Shown here: positions 1 to 11,805 of the stretch, one piece after another
How positions within the stretch are numbered: position 1 is the first letter of the stretch
Layout: every line of letters begins with the position of its first letter
DNA from: Felis catus
Taxonomy: Eukaryota
Assembly (NCBI RefSeq): GCF_018350175.1
Contig: NC_058368.1
Location: 103,914,001-103,978,000 of the forward strand
Reading direction: 5' to 3'
DNA length: 64,000 nt
Position numbers and translations under genes: made by a program
Notes under the pieces: generated by a model
Told to the model about the DNA's origin: nothing
What the model saw: only the letters and a program-made list of their open reading frames with translations
Database searches by the model: none

Positions 1-1400
1 ACCAGCAGGGAGACGTAGGGTTGAACACAACAAAGAGAGGGAAGCTCTCATGGACTTACCTTCTAGTTGAGAGAAACAGGTGGGAGGGTAGCAAATAAAC
101 TAATAAACTAACAAGAGGGACAACTCCTTTGAAAAACAAAGCAGAATGATGTGATAGTTTCTGCACAACGTGGGATCATTTCTGGAAAGGGGGTCAGGGA
201 AGGCACCCCTGAGGAGACAACATTTGAACCAACAACAAATGAGGATGAGAAGAGCCATCCAGGCAGAGGGCAGAGCAAGCGAAGCAATCTGGGGTTGAAC
301 AAGCCTGGTACGTTGCAGATCGGGAAAGAAACCAACGTAGGGAAGGAAGCATCGGCCAAATGAGGTTGGAGACATGAGCAAGGCCAGAGACTGCAACTTA
401 GATTTTTTTTTTTTTTTTAGCGAAATGGAAAATCATCAGAAGGTCTTAAGGAGCAAAGTAACATGGTCTAAATTTTTTCTTTCTTTATTTTATGTAACAG
501 AACACTTAATTACATCAGCTTTCCATCAACACACTAGTCATTTAATGAGGATTATATTGGCCATTACCAGTGGTTGGCAGGAGCTCTTCCACTGAAGGCT
601 CCCATGGTTTCCAATGTATCATTTTTCCTGCCAGACTTTTTTTCAGCCTGAAGAATCACCTCTTCTAGTTGGCCACCCTGAAGTGGGTCTTCTAATTTCT
701 CAACATCTGGTTCCGCTTTAACCATACCCCACTTCTCATTTGTAATCCATTCTATATACTTGCTGTAAGCTGCATTTTTAGGAATTTGCTCAAGAACATC
801 AAGAATCTTTGTGTATGATACTCTTAGACTCTCGGGTGGACCCTCACATACAGCCAATCCCACAAGGCTGGTGGTCTTCCTCAGCAAACCGGCCAAGACA
901 GTGCCTATATTTATGTCTTAGATCATCTTGGCTCCTGATGGCAGACGGAACACAAGTAGAAACAAATGGAACAGTGCGGTAATTGTCCTCATAAGAGATG
1001 ATGTAGCTTGACCAGAAATACACATGGAAATGGAGAGGAGCAGTCACATTCTAGATGTGTCTTGCAAGAACAGACCGGTTGATACAGTGCACATGGTGAA
1101 TGAAGGTATCAGAGAAATCAACATCTAAATTGCTGTTTGACAGACATGGAGGCCAATTACTAAGGGTTAACTGGGCAAGAAAATTTTAGAGGAAAGCTCT
1201 GAATTTAAAATGCTGGTTTGGTCACACTAAATTTGAGATGTTTATTTAATACAGGAACAGTCAAGAGAAAATTATGAGATTTCATAGTCATCAGTCATCA
1301 CCACATCATAAGAATAGTATTAAAGCTCTAGGGCTGGATAAAATCACCTAGAGAATGTGTAGAGATAGAGTATCGGGGATTGCACCCACTGACTCTACAT
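1..1400 (-). mobile_element. Old L2 LINE fragment, interrupted by the NDUFA5 retrocopy
   Basis: Degenerate antisense L2-like motifs (ggggtcagggaaggc..gagg, ccaggcagaggg..agcaag, tttgagatg, ggataaaatcacctagaga). The L2-like text resumes at about 910 after the retrocopy. Confidence 0.6.
473..905 (-). pseudogene. NDUFA5: Processed pseudogene of NADH:ubiquinone oxidoreductase subunit A5
   Basis: Intronless minus-strand frame reads (L)[66 protein letters not shown], matching recalled NDUFA5 end to end. Start codon is TTG (894-896), there are two frameshifts and a premature TAA (564-566), then AATAAA (484-489) and an A-rich tail (473-482). Confidence 0.95.
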
Positions 1401-1584
1401 TGTTGATGTACTGTTACTCTCTCAGTAAGACTACAGTAGTTATGAAAAAAAATGATGTAGTTAAGATCAGTATCATTAAGGTGAGAATAATAATACTCCA
1501 CATAGTATTGCAAGAAATAAATAAGGAATACATAGAATATCTAACACAGTGCCTGACACAAAGTAGACAACCAAGAAAATATGA

Positions 1585-2063
1585 TTTTTTTTAAAGATTT
1601 TATTTTTAAGGGGTGCCTGGCTGACTCAGTCAGTGAAACATGTGACCCTTGATCTCAGGGTTGTGAATTCGAGCCCCATGTTGGGTGTAGAGATTACTTA
1701 AAAAGAAAATCTTAATGGGGCACCTGGGTAGCTCAGTTGGTTAAGTGTCTGACTCTTGATCTCGGCTCAGGTCATGACCTCACAGTTTGAGAGTTCTGAG
1801 TCCCACTGCACTCACCTTGTGGAGCCTGCTTAGGATTCTCCCTTTCTCCCTCTCTCTCTGCCCCTCCCCTGTTCTCATGTGTGCACTCTCTCTCTCTCGC
1901 TCTCTATCAAAATCAATAAACTTTAAAAAAGCAAATATTAAAATAATAATAATAATAATAAAGATTTTCTTTTGAAGTGACCTCTACACCCAACATGGGA
2001 CTCAAACTTATAACACCGAAACCAAAGTAACACATTCCACCAACTGAGCCAGCCAGGTGCCCC
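1585..2063. mobile_element. Nested SINE cluster: two + SINEs (1609-1712, 1716-1960) inside the tail of a - SINE
   Basis: tRNA-derived heads ggggtgcctggct and ggggcacctgggt. Flanking near-repeat aaagatttt..aag at about 1593 and 1959, with the minus-strand SINE body at 1975-2063. Confidence 0.85.
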
Positions 2064-2351
2064 AAAATATTATTTTTTCCCCGTTTCCTTCCTTGGTAGA
2101 AAGTGGAACCAATAACTGGTCACAGCACATTCATAATCACTGTATTTTTTGACCCTGATGAAAACAATTATTTGGACGGTGTTCTGGCACTGTGAATGGT
2201 GACTTTTACATTATTCAGTAACTTTTGTGTGTGGGGCAGGAAGAGAGGGATGGAACCCAGAGACACCGCACACATTACAACCTATCTTACCACCCCCCAT
2301 TTTGTGACCCTCTTTATATACTTTTTTGTTAAAATAAAAGCATTGTTGCTA

Positions 2352-2413
2352 GAAGGAAGGAAGGAAGGAAGGAAGGAAGGAAGGAAGGAAGGAAGGAAGG
2401 AAGGAAGGAAGGA

Positions 2414-2465
<52 letters not shown>

Positions 2466-2466
2466 A
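2352..2466. repeat. Compound (GGAA)n(GAAA)n microsatellite
   Basis: Directly visible tandem tetramers. Confidence 0.97.
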
Positions 2467-4029
2467 AATGGAATTAGCTGTAAATTGCAACAGAACGAAA
2501 GATCTATTAGCTCAGATGTCTTTATAGCCAAAGGAAATCGTAAGAGTCATCTGACTGTACATTTCCAAAATGGCATTCTTCCTTTAGGTTCTTAAGAGGT
2601 TTCCAGGATCGCTATGACAGACTTCTTGAATACAGACCTTCACAAAGGTCTCTAAGGGATGGATGGACCTTGTAGATAGCATTTCCCAACTTTCACATGG
2701 GCTAGGGAAATTGTCCACAGACCACAGTTCAGGAAAGCACTGATTGACTCCACACCCACATTTACAGATGAGGAAACTGAGCACAAGGGGGATTAAGTCA
2801 CCCGGCTTGGAGCTTATTATTATAAAAGGCACCATTACGATGACAACCCTTGCCCCCACTTTCCCACCAGGCTTCCCCGCTGAGTGGCCTCTTCCTGCTG
2901 TTTTCCCAAAAGCTGAGTTTATGAGGGGTCTACAATCGGCTTTCAGGTTGATAAGATGACTCTGGTAGGGCTCGAGTTCCTTCATGTGTCTGAAGGAGAA
3001 TGCATGCGGTTCAGCAGGTACTGCCTAACTCGAAAGACGATGTTACATATCCATACTATGGAACGGGAGGTAGATTTTTAATTTTTTTCAAAAGTACAAA
3101 TTAGACACTCCAACTATTACTACATTTATGGCTTTGCTATATTTATGGCTTTGCCTCTAATCACATGTGTGACTTTGGATCCATTCACATCATGTAAAAT
3201 CTCTGAACTATCATTTATCTGGCTGTTAATAATAAGGGCCGTAAAATTAGAGTTAATATTTGCTAAAGCTTTGGCCCATATTCAAGGTTTCTAAATCAGC
3301 AGTAACTATCTTTACCAATGACCAAAAGAACGCTGGACTCGCTTTCTGAAAAGTCAAACCTTCTGTTTTTCCCTAACTTCTTTCTGTAACTGTGAAGTTG
3401 AGCAGGAGAGAGACAGAGCAGAGCTTTGCTGAGGGCCTTTCCCCACCACCGTTTTGCAGAAAAGAAAAACAGAGTACATAAATGCGAAACCCTTAGCACG
3501 TCTGAGGGTTCATCACGCATGAGGCAGGAGGCAGGACTGGGGGTCACCTTTGACTGGTGCTAGCCCTTCAGTGCAAAACCCTGGAGCGCAGCTGATATAG
3601 GGGATGGAAGAAGGGCTTCTGTGAAAGACCCGAGAAGAGTGAGTCATGGGTAGTGCGGTCTGCTGTGCAGGGGGAGGCTAGCCTGGGGAGTGGGAATGCC
3701 GTGGGGGAGGTTGGGGAGCATGCGTGTGGGGACGTCATGGCAACGGTTTGTAGGTCTACCGGCTACAGCTTTGAGATCTCTAACTGATGCCACCCACCTG
3801 ACCTTAAAACTATGTTCTCTTGTGTCTAACAATAGCCTTCTGAAGTGCATGGGACTACGATCCCAGGAAGATTCCATTGCATGCCCTAAGTTTCCCATCT
3901 TCACTTACTGAAACCAAAGACACTCTCAAACTTACATTCGTTTAGCTCAAACAGCTGACAACAGTTAAAATATAATAGTCCCTGGAAGGACTTACTACTG
4001 ACTTACACTATTAGTATTACCAACATAAG

Positions 4030-4680
4030 ATGTGAAGTTGTTAGCTATTACCGCTTACCCGTCTCAAAACATATGCTTTATTGTATTTTAATTTTCATTT
4101 TAGAGAGAGAGCAAGCAGGGGAGAGGGGCAGAGGGAGAGAGAGAGAGAATCTTAAGCAGGCTTCATGCCAACGCAGAGCCCGACACGGGGCTCAATCCTG
4201 CCACCCTAGGACCGTGACCTGAGCTGAAATTAAGAGTCAGATGCTCAACCGACTGAACCACCCAGGTTGGCCCCTCAAAACACAGGGGTTTTAAAAATCT
4301 ATTTATTATTTCTTAGGAGGCTACCAGTTGGCAGGTAGTTCTACTAATCTAGACCCGTCAGATTTTATCTGGGCTCGGTCTGTGGTCAGATGGCAGGTCA
4401 ACTGGGAGCTGAGGGCTCCATGATAGCTAAAATGACCCAGTTCTTCTCCATGTGGCCTCACATGGAGCATGCCCCAAATGCAGACTTGTTGTCATGGTGA
4501 CCACAGAGAAGCCAGAGAGGGAGCAGAAACATGTAACATTTCTTGAGGTCTAGACTCAGAACTGTCACATCATCACTTCAGCCACACTGTACTGGCCAAA
4601 GCAAGTGACAAGGCCAGCCCAAATTAGAGTGAGCAGGGACTACAAAGATATTGGGCAAAGGGTACGGATAAACAGAGGCC
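4030..4680 (-). mobile_element. MLT1-type (MaLR) LTR remnant interrupted by a - strand SINE at about 4085-4274
   Basis: MLT1-like motifs ctcagaactgtcacatcatcacttc and tggccaaagcaagtgacaaggccagccc. The SINE is flanked by ctcaaaaca repeats. Confidence 0.65.
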
Positions 4681-4977
4681 ATTAATTTAATCGAGATCAT
4701 CAACACCTTCGGACAAATTTTGATTCAAAGAGTAGAAAAGGGAAGATAGAGAATAAAAGTTGTTTGCATTCTTAATAATCACATGCCTAGAAATCTTCTT
4801 CTATTATTTAGCCTTGAACTCAAGTAAATTGTACTCTTCCTTCTCATTTGTAAATCTTCGTCTTAGTTTTTCCTCTACAAGTAAATCACCTCCACACATA
4901 CGTTTTGTTTTGCAATGGTTATAGATTAAAATTTATTAAATACTTAAAAGTAGTTTATCATTTGAGTTCAGCCAATG

Positions 4978-4979
<2 letters not shown>

Positions 4980-5016
<37 letters not shown>

Positions 5017-5268
5017 AGAGACCGAGAGAGACAGGAGGTACAAGTGAGCAAGGGGCAGAGAGAGAGAGAGAGAGACAGAATATCCCACATGGGGCAGGAA
5101 GAGAGAGGGAGAAGGGGGCTCACCCAGGGCTTGTGTTTTACCCAAAGCAGGGCTCACATTCACCCCAAGCAGGGCTCAAGCTTACCCAGTGTAGGACTTG
5201 AACTCACAAACTGCGAGATCGTGACCTGAGCCAGTCAGATGCTTCATGACTGAGCCAACCAGGTGCCC
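4980..5268 (-). mobile_element. Feline SINE variant with reiterated internal B-box-like units and a long T tract
   Basis: Poly-T 4980-5014, (GA)n, three to four gggct../ggact..ac units at 5115-5205, head ending ggtgcccc. Confidence 0.85.
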
Positions 5269-5510
5269 TCATTCTTTTTTTATTCTTCTAATTAAGGAGC
5301 AACTTTAGTGTTTGCATTAGTGATTTGATGGAACAGCTAAAAAGAAAGAAGAATAAAAAAGATCAACTTTTTTTACAACTACTTTGCTGTAAAATAACCT
5401 TTTCTAGTATGACAAATTTATCAACAGGAAATATTTATTGAATCCCCACCATGAGAAAAGAACCATAATGAACACAGCACAAAACACATTTCTTTAAAAG
5501 TATATTCTGG

Positions 5511-5730
5511 AGGGCATCTGGGTGGCTCAGGTGGCTAAGTGTCTGACTCTTGGTTTCAGCTCAGGTCATGATCTCACGGTCGTGAGATAGAGCCCCACAT
5601 AGGGCTCTGTGCTGACAGTGTAGAGCCTGCTTGGGATTCTCTCTCCCTCTCTCTCTGCCCCTCCCCCACATGCACTCTTTCTCTCAAAATAAATAAGTAA
5701 ACATTTTTTTAAATAAAAATAAATAAAATA
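5511..5730 (+). mobile_element. SINEC (CanSINE)
   Basis: Head, (CT)n region and A-rich tail. TSD-like taaaagtatattctg on both sides. Confidence 0.9.
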
Positions 5731-5855
5731 AAAGTATATTCTGATTATAGAAAGCATAGCTGAGGCAGCGGTGATAAAACATTGATAATATCATTTAACA
5801 ATCAGTATCAAAGTTGTTGTGTTGGGCATGTTCAATGTAAACAATGTACAGTCAT

Positions 5856-6068
5856 GGGGAGCCTGGATGGCTCCACTGGTTAAGCATCTGCCTTTGGCTC
5901 AGGTCATGCTCTTACAGTTCGTGGGATCGAGCCTTGCGTCGAGCTCTGCACTGACAGCATACAGACTGCATGGGATTCTGTCTCCCACCCTCTCTGCCTC
6001 TCCCCTCTTTGGGCTCTCTCTGTCTCTCTGTCTCTCTCTCAAAATAAACAAAAACTTAAAAAAAAAAG
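5856..6068 (+). mobile_element. SINEC (CanSINE)
   Basis: Head, (CT)n and tail. acagtcat flanks both ends. Confidence 0.88.
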
Positions 6069-6681
6069 GCACAGTCATACAAAGAGGAGGAAGTGAGAGG
6101 AGGGAGAATTGGGGTGCAATCTCTGAGGTAGCACATTCTCACTATCTTCTGAAGGGAGGAAAGACATAAAGATTGGAATAAGACATAGGTCATCATGAGC
6201 AAGGGGTCAGTGTAAGTGACCTCACACCAGCATCAAGATAAGATGAAGCTCTCGAGGTGAGAAGGAATATTATCTTAGGAGTCACACAGGATGTTGCTTT
6301 TTCATAGGTGTGTCAAGCAGGGGTAGACTTCAAACCCTGGTTTACCAGAAAGCTCCAAATGACACCTGACCTGTCTGAGCTAACCACTCGCTGCGCCCAT
6401 GGAGGAGATGGGAAAGCATCGGTATCTGCATTTGAGTCATTTGCTGACCCACACGTGCATGTCTCAGGCGTGGCTGTGGCCGATCACATCCCCCTGAGCA
6501 GAGTCTGAAAGAGAAACCTTCTGAGATAGCACCTTATACAGTGAGGGAAAAGCAGGCCACCTGGCTGAAAGGGCTGTCAATGGCCCAATCAGGAGTAAAC
6601 TCAAAGTTCCTTCCTGGTACTCCCCAGAGTTTCTTGAAGATCAGCTGACCTCTAAAAGAGAAGATCAGCGGCCTCTAAAAG

Positions 6682-6809
6682 ATGTGGAAAAGGCAGCAGG
6701 CCATTCAAGCAAAGAGGAACATCCAGCAGATCTTACAAGCCCAGCTCCTGCCCCATAAGAGCATGTTCAAGAGGAGGGAAGTGAAGCCAATGGACCCAGA
6801 CCCACAACA
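6682..6809 (+). CDS. GRAMD2B: Putative alternative first coding exon 1a of GRAM domain-containing protein 2B
   Basis: ATG at 6682 opens 42 codons, MWKRQQAIQAKRNIQQILQAQLLPHKSMFKRREVKPMDPDPQ, plus CA, then a consensus donor GTAAGT at 6810. Same phase 2 as the other two first exons. CCAAT at 6585-6589. Assignment rests on position and phase, not on recognising the peptide. Confidence 0.7.
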
Positions 6810-7239
6810 GTAAGTGACAGGTCTCAGACCTGGAAAAAAAATAGGTGAGAAGAGGGTATTGCCTCTTTGTTATATAAAAGGTCTCTCTTTAGCATCTCAA
6901 GGACAGAAAGCCTCCACTTGAGGGAGGTCTTTGGCTGCCCATTGGGAGCATTTTCCTTGTTTATCATCAAGGGCTTGAGAAAAAACAAGAGTGATCCCAC
7001 ATGCTTTAGGAACCTAGGACATATCAACCTATGACACAAGCGTATTTTGCTTCTAGGGTTATTGCGTCGAAGAACTGGCAAGGTTTGAGGGTTTTTGTAT
7101 TATTCAAACCGAAAAAAGAGACCTCGAGTAGAGAAGGACAATGAGCAATGCTAGGAGAGGCTTGAAAAGTATGGTTGCAGGGCAGGACTCCATTTGTTCA
7201 AGAGAATTCAGTATTTTCCAGTGAAAGGAAAATGGGACA

Positions 7240-7345
7240 GAAAGAAAGAAGGAGGAAGGGAGGAAGGAAGGGAGGAAGGAAGGAAGGAAGGAAGACAGGA
7301 AGGAAGACAGGAAGGAAGGAAGGAGGGAGGGAGGGAGGGAAGAAG
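7240..7345. repeat. Purine-rich (GGAA)n/(GGGA)n low-complexity tract
   Basis: Directly visible. Confidence 0.9.
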
Positions 7346-9151
7346 GAGAGCACTGAATCCTAACCACTAGACTATCAGGGAGTATCTAAAGGAAAGGAAA
7401 AAAAAAGGAAGGAAGACAGGCAAGGAGGCAAGCAGAAAGACAGAGAGAAAAATACAACAAAAGAAAATGCAATTATGACACACTTGCACTTTCGCACTTG
7501 CATGTTTGAGTTTTAAGTTCCTTTTAATCTAGAAAGATAGGTTTGGTTTTAGGTGCGATTTCATCGACTTCCTTGTAAGCAGGCACTAAGGGTGAGGTTT
7601 TTGGTGTTCTGACTTTTGCTTTGTTCTCTAGTTTACATTTTGTAAAACCTCTGGGGGAGTACCAATTATATGTGGAGGAGTTTAATTTTTTAAAAAAATT
7701 CCTCGAGAATTCCAACTCTAATTGCTTTAAAATCCCTCAAAGAATGATGTCTTAAAAAGAAAGACAATTTTATGGGAAGGTTGTTAGGCTCAGCCCAGAC
7801 CTAGGGCAATAATAGAGAGAAAGCCTCCAGAAACACATTTAAAGGAATCACCATGGGTACACACAACACTGGGAAGACAAACATTGTCCATGAGACGTGA
7901 CGGGAACAGAAAACGTAACATAAAATGTAAATGGGCTGACGAGACAAGGAACTACGTGCTTTCTTTTACTTCCAGGAGACCATGTGTAATAAGGGAAAGA
8001 TGCGTGCCTTTTGATTCTACAAAGTTGCCCTTCAATCCTAGTTTTGTAGCTGTTTAACTGGAAGTGTGCACTAGGGTAAGAGACCATGTCTCCGGAGTTT
8101 GGTTGTCTTATCTTCTTATCTTCTGGAGATAAGGAATGCTATTCCCTAGCATTATTAAGAGGATTAAAAAAGTTTCTATACATAAAGTACCAGGCATATA
8201 GGAATTTAACAAGAATTAAGTTCCCTTGCAGTCTTTATCCTCTGTCCCTGAAAAATGAACCAACACTAGAACGGAGTTTCAGAGATAAACAGCCTATGTC
8301 CCCACAGCCCCCCATGATGGTCTGGTCCAAACACCAAACCCCACCTTAATTCACAGCATTTTCGTGGGTGTGTCAGGCAGGCATAGACTTCGAACTCTGG
8401 TTTACCAGAAACCTCAAAATGACATCTGAACCCGTCTGGCTAACAGCTCACCAAGTCTATGGAGATTGGGAAAGCATCTGGATCTATACTCGAATCTTAG
8501 CCTGCTTACTCACAAACTAGGAGACATGGACGAGTTCATTAAATGGTCTGAGCCTCCGGCTTCTCTGCAAAACGCGGGTGATAACTCCCGTACAGAGTCA
8601 CTTCCAGCACTGCACACAGCATGGTAGCAAACCGACCGCCTTCACCACAACTGCAGTGACCTTTAAAAAACTCTGTCCATTTGTTACCCAATTAGGTCAT
8701 CTTCTGCATTTGGGGGTAACTAGGAGAGAATATTTTGTATTTGTTGATTAGCCCTGTGCATTCTTTCCTCCACAAATTGCATGCTTATGACCCGGCTCAC
8801 ATCTTAAAAGGTCCTATGAGCTGAATTCTCAAGACCAGACTATCCTAGACAGCACCTGTTCTGAAGTCGGCCCAGCCTCGCTGCTCTTCACTGTTTTAAA
8901 ACCCTGCAGGATGAATCTTAAACCGAAGACCGGTAATCACTGGCAATAGCTCGTGCTATTATAAATGCCTGATGATTCTGTAGAGAGTCATCATTTTTAG
9001 TGTTCTTGGTTATTACTATTGTCACAAACAGGTGAAATAAGTATCTAAACAACATGATGTCATGACTGTCAATCAGGATAGAGGGAAAAGAGCAAAAATG
9101 CTGGCTCTAGACTTACATAGTATACATAAAAAAGATAAAAGCCTGTGTCTC

Positions 9152-9400
9152 CGGGGCACCTGAGTGGCTCAGTCGGTTATGCACCCGACTTTGGCTCAGG
9201 TCAGGATCTCATGGTCCACTGGTTAGAGCCCTGTGTCAGGCTCTGTGCTGACAGCTCAGAGCCTGGAGCCTGCTTCAGATTCTGTGTCTCCTTCTGTCTC
9301 TTTGCCCCCCACCTCCCACCCCCCTGCCACTCACGCTCTGTATCTCTCTCCCTCTCTCTCTCAAAAATTAATGAAACATTTAAAAAACTTTTTAGTAAGA
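9152..9400 (+). mobile_element. SINEC_Fc-type SINE
   Basis: ggggcacctgagtggctcag head, ctcagagcctggagcctgcttcagattctgtgtctcc body, tail. Confidence 0.9.
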
Positions 9401-9419
9401 TAAAATTTTTTTAATAAAA

Positions 9420-10720
9420 ATTTACAACGTTTAAAAATTTAAAAACTTGGTACTTCAAAAGACACTGTCAAGAAAGTAGGGGCACCTGGGTGGCTCAGTC
9501 AGTTAAGCGTCCGACTTGGTTCAGGTGATGATCTCATGATTTGTGGTTTCAAACCCCACATCAGGCCCTGTGCTGACAGCCTGGAGCCTACTTCGGATTC
9601 TGTGTCTCCTCTCTCTCTGTCCCTCCCCTGCTCATGCTCTGTTCTGTCTCTCAAAAATAAATAAATGTTAAAAAGGAAAGTAATGAGACAACCTATAAAA
9701 TGGGATAAAATATGTACAAATCACATATCTGATAAAGGACTTATATCCAGAATATATAAAGGACACAACCCAATAATAAAAAAACAACCCAATTTTTAAA
9801 TGAGCAAAGGATTTGAATACATTTTTCTCCAAAACAGATATATGAATGGCCAAAAAGCACAGAAGAGATGCTCAACATCATTAGTCATTAGGAAAATGCA
9901 AATAGAGAAACACGAGATACCAGTTCACCAAAAAGAAAAAAAATAGTTAAATGTTGGCAAGTGTGTGGAGCGATCGGAACCTTCATCTATTGCTGGCTAG
10001 AAAGCAAAATGGCACAACCGCTTTGGAAAAGATGCTGGCATTTCCTCAAAAAGTTAAACATAGCAATTTTACTCCTATGTATTTAGCCAAGACCACTGAA
10101 AATACATGTGCACACAAAACTTGTATGCAAATTTCCATAGCAGCATCATTCATAATGTCCAAAAACCAGAAACAATCCAAATATGTACCAATTGAAACAT
10201 GGATCCATAAGGTTTCATTATGGCTCATAAAAGGGAAATTGTGATGCGTACTACAACTTGGAGGAAACTTGAAAACATGTAGGTGAGGGAGGGGTGCCTG
10301 GCTGGCTCAACCAGTAGAGCATGCAACTCTTGATCTCAGGACCAGGAGTTCAAGCCCCACATTGGGTGTGGAGTGTATTGAAAAACAACAACAACAACAA
10401 AAAGGTGAAAGAAGCCAGTTACAAAAGATTACATATAGTACCTCCCATTTATAGGAAATATCCAGACTAGCTAGATACTTTCTATCTCTACGTGAAATGT
10501 TTCATCCATAGAGACAGAAAACAGTGGTTGCCCAGGGCAGAGAAGCAGGGAGGTAGGAGGATGGAGATTAACTGCCAATGGTTACAAGGTTTCTTTTTGA
10601 CGAGGAAAACGTTCCAAAAGGAGATGAGGTGAAAAGACAGTACCTCTGTAAACATGCTAAAAATCGCTAAGCTAAATACTTTAAACAGGTGGACTTGATG
10701 TTATATAAACTATACGTTAA
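9420..10720 (+). mobile_element. Old L1 (L1MB/MC-like) ORF2 end and 3' UTR, interrupted by SINEs at 9479-9672 and 10291-10400
   Basis: L1 motifs atatctgataaaggacttatatccagaatatataaa, agatgctcaacatcattagtcattaggaaaatgcaaat, catagcagcatcattcataat, agtggttgcccaggg. Confidence 0.85.
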
Positions 10721-11000
10721 GGTGTTTTTTTACTCTTCAAAAATAGTTCCTGTAACTAAGGCCCTATGATTTTACTATAAATGTTAGTAACAATAATTAT
10801 AATAGCTTATCATACAGCTGTTATATTATAAATTATAATTACAAATTGTAAAAGCTTATTATGTTTCAGGCAATATTCAAAGTCTTTACAAGTACTAATT
10901 CACTTTCCTGACAAACCTGGTAGGCAAAGACCATTATTATTCCCATTTCACAGATTAGAAAACTAAGCTATTAAGAGGCATCATAAGAATTCAAACCTAG

Positions 11001-11128
11001 AGGGGCACCTGGGTGCCTCAGTCGGTTGAGCAGTGGACTCTTGATTTTGGCTCAGGTCACGATCTCACGGTTCTTAGGATCAAGCCCTGTGTGAGGCTCT
11101 GTGCTGACAACATGCAGCCTACTTGAGA

Positions 11129-11227
<99 letters not shown>

Positions 11228-11270
11228 ATTACACACAGGTGCTCTCTCTCAACATAAATATTTACAAAAG
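11001..11270 (+). mobile_element. SINEC with an expanded (CT)n microsatellite at about 11134-11226
   Basis: SINE head, pure CT dinucleotide run of about 90 bp. agaattcaaac flanks both sides. Confidence 0.92.
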
Positions 11271-11406
11271 AAAACAGAATTCAAACACAGAGAGTCTGTG
11301 TTTTTAAATAAAATATATACCTGCTCCTGTAATCCAACAGCAAAATATGGGGAGGAAATCCCTGAAATTCAGAGAACTGGGGAAATTTTAAAATATTGTA
11401 ACAAAC

Positions 11407-11530
11407 AGGGGCACCTGGCTGGCTCAGTCAGAAGAGCATGTGACCCTTGTCTCCAGGTTATGAGGTCAAGCCCTATGGTGGGTATAGAGATTACTTAAAA
11501 CTAAAAAAAAAAAAAAAAAATCTTTAACAT
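11407..11530 (+). mobile_element. Short SINEC (b-type)
   Basis: ggggcacctggctggctcagtcag..tagagattacttaaaa. Confidence 0.85.
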
Positions 11531-11575
11531 AAAATAAAATATAATAAACGACAGAGCTTAAGAAAGTTAAAGCCT

Positions 11576-11805
11576 GGGGCGCCTGGGTGGCGCAGTCGGT
11601 TAAGCGTCCGACTTCAGCCAGGTCACGATCTCGCGGCCCGTGAGTTCGAGCCCCGCGTCGGGCTCTGGGCTGATGGCTCAGAGCCTGGAGCCTGTTTTCG
11701 ATTCTGTGTCTCCCTCTCTCTCTGCCCCTCCCCCGTTCATGCTCTGTCTCTCTCTGTCCCAAAAATAAATATAAACGTTGAAAAAAAATTAAAAAAAAAA
11801 AAGAA
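11576..11805 (+). mobile_element. Young SINEC_Fc
   Basis: CpG-rich full-length body. Perfect 16-bp TSD aagaaagttaaagcct at 11560-11575 and 11806-11821. Confidence 0.97.

Noticed and set aside
564..896. Functional NDUFA5 gene
   Set aside because: Intronless, TTG start, two frameshifts, premature stop and a poly(A) remnant.
3125..3154. Short tandem duplication atttatggctttgc x2
   Set aside because: Ordinary slippage-scale repeat with no other signal.
11466..11762. Recurrent ORFs such as GSVLTAQSLEPASDSVSP and RGRHRIENRLQALSHQPRARRG
   Set aside because: These are translations of SINE consensus sequence repeated throughout the window.
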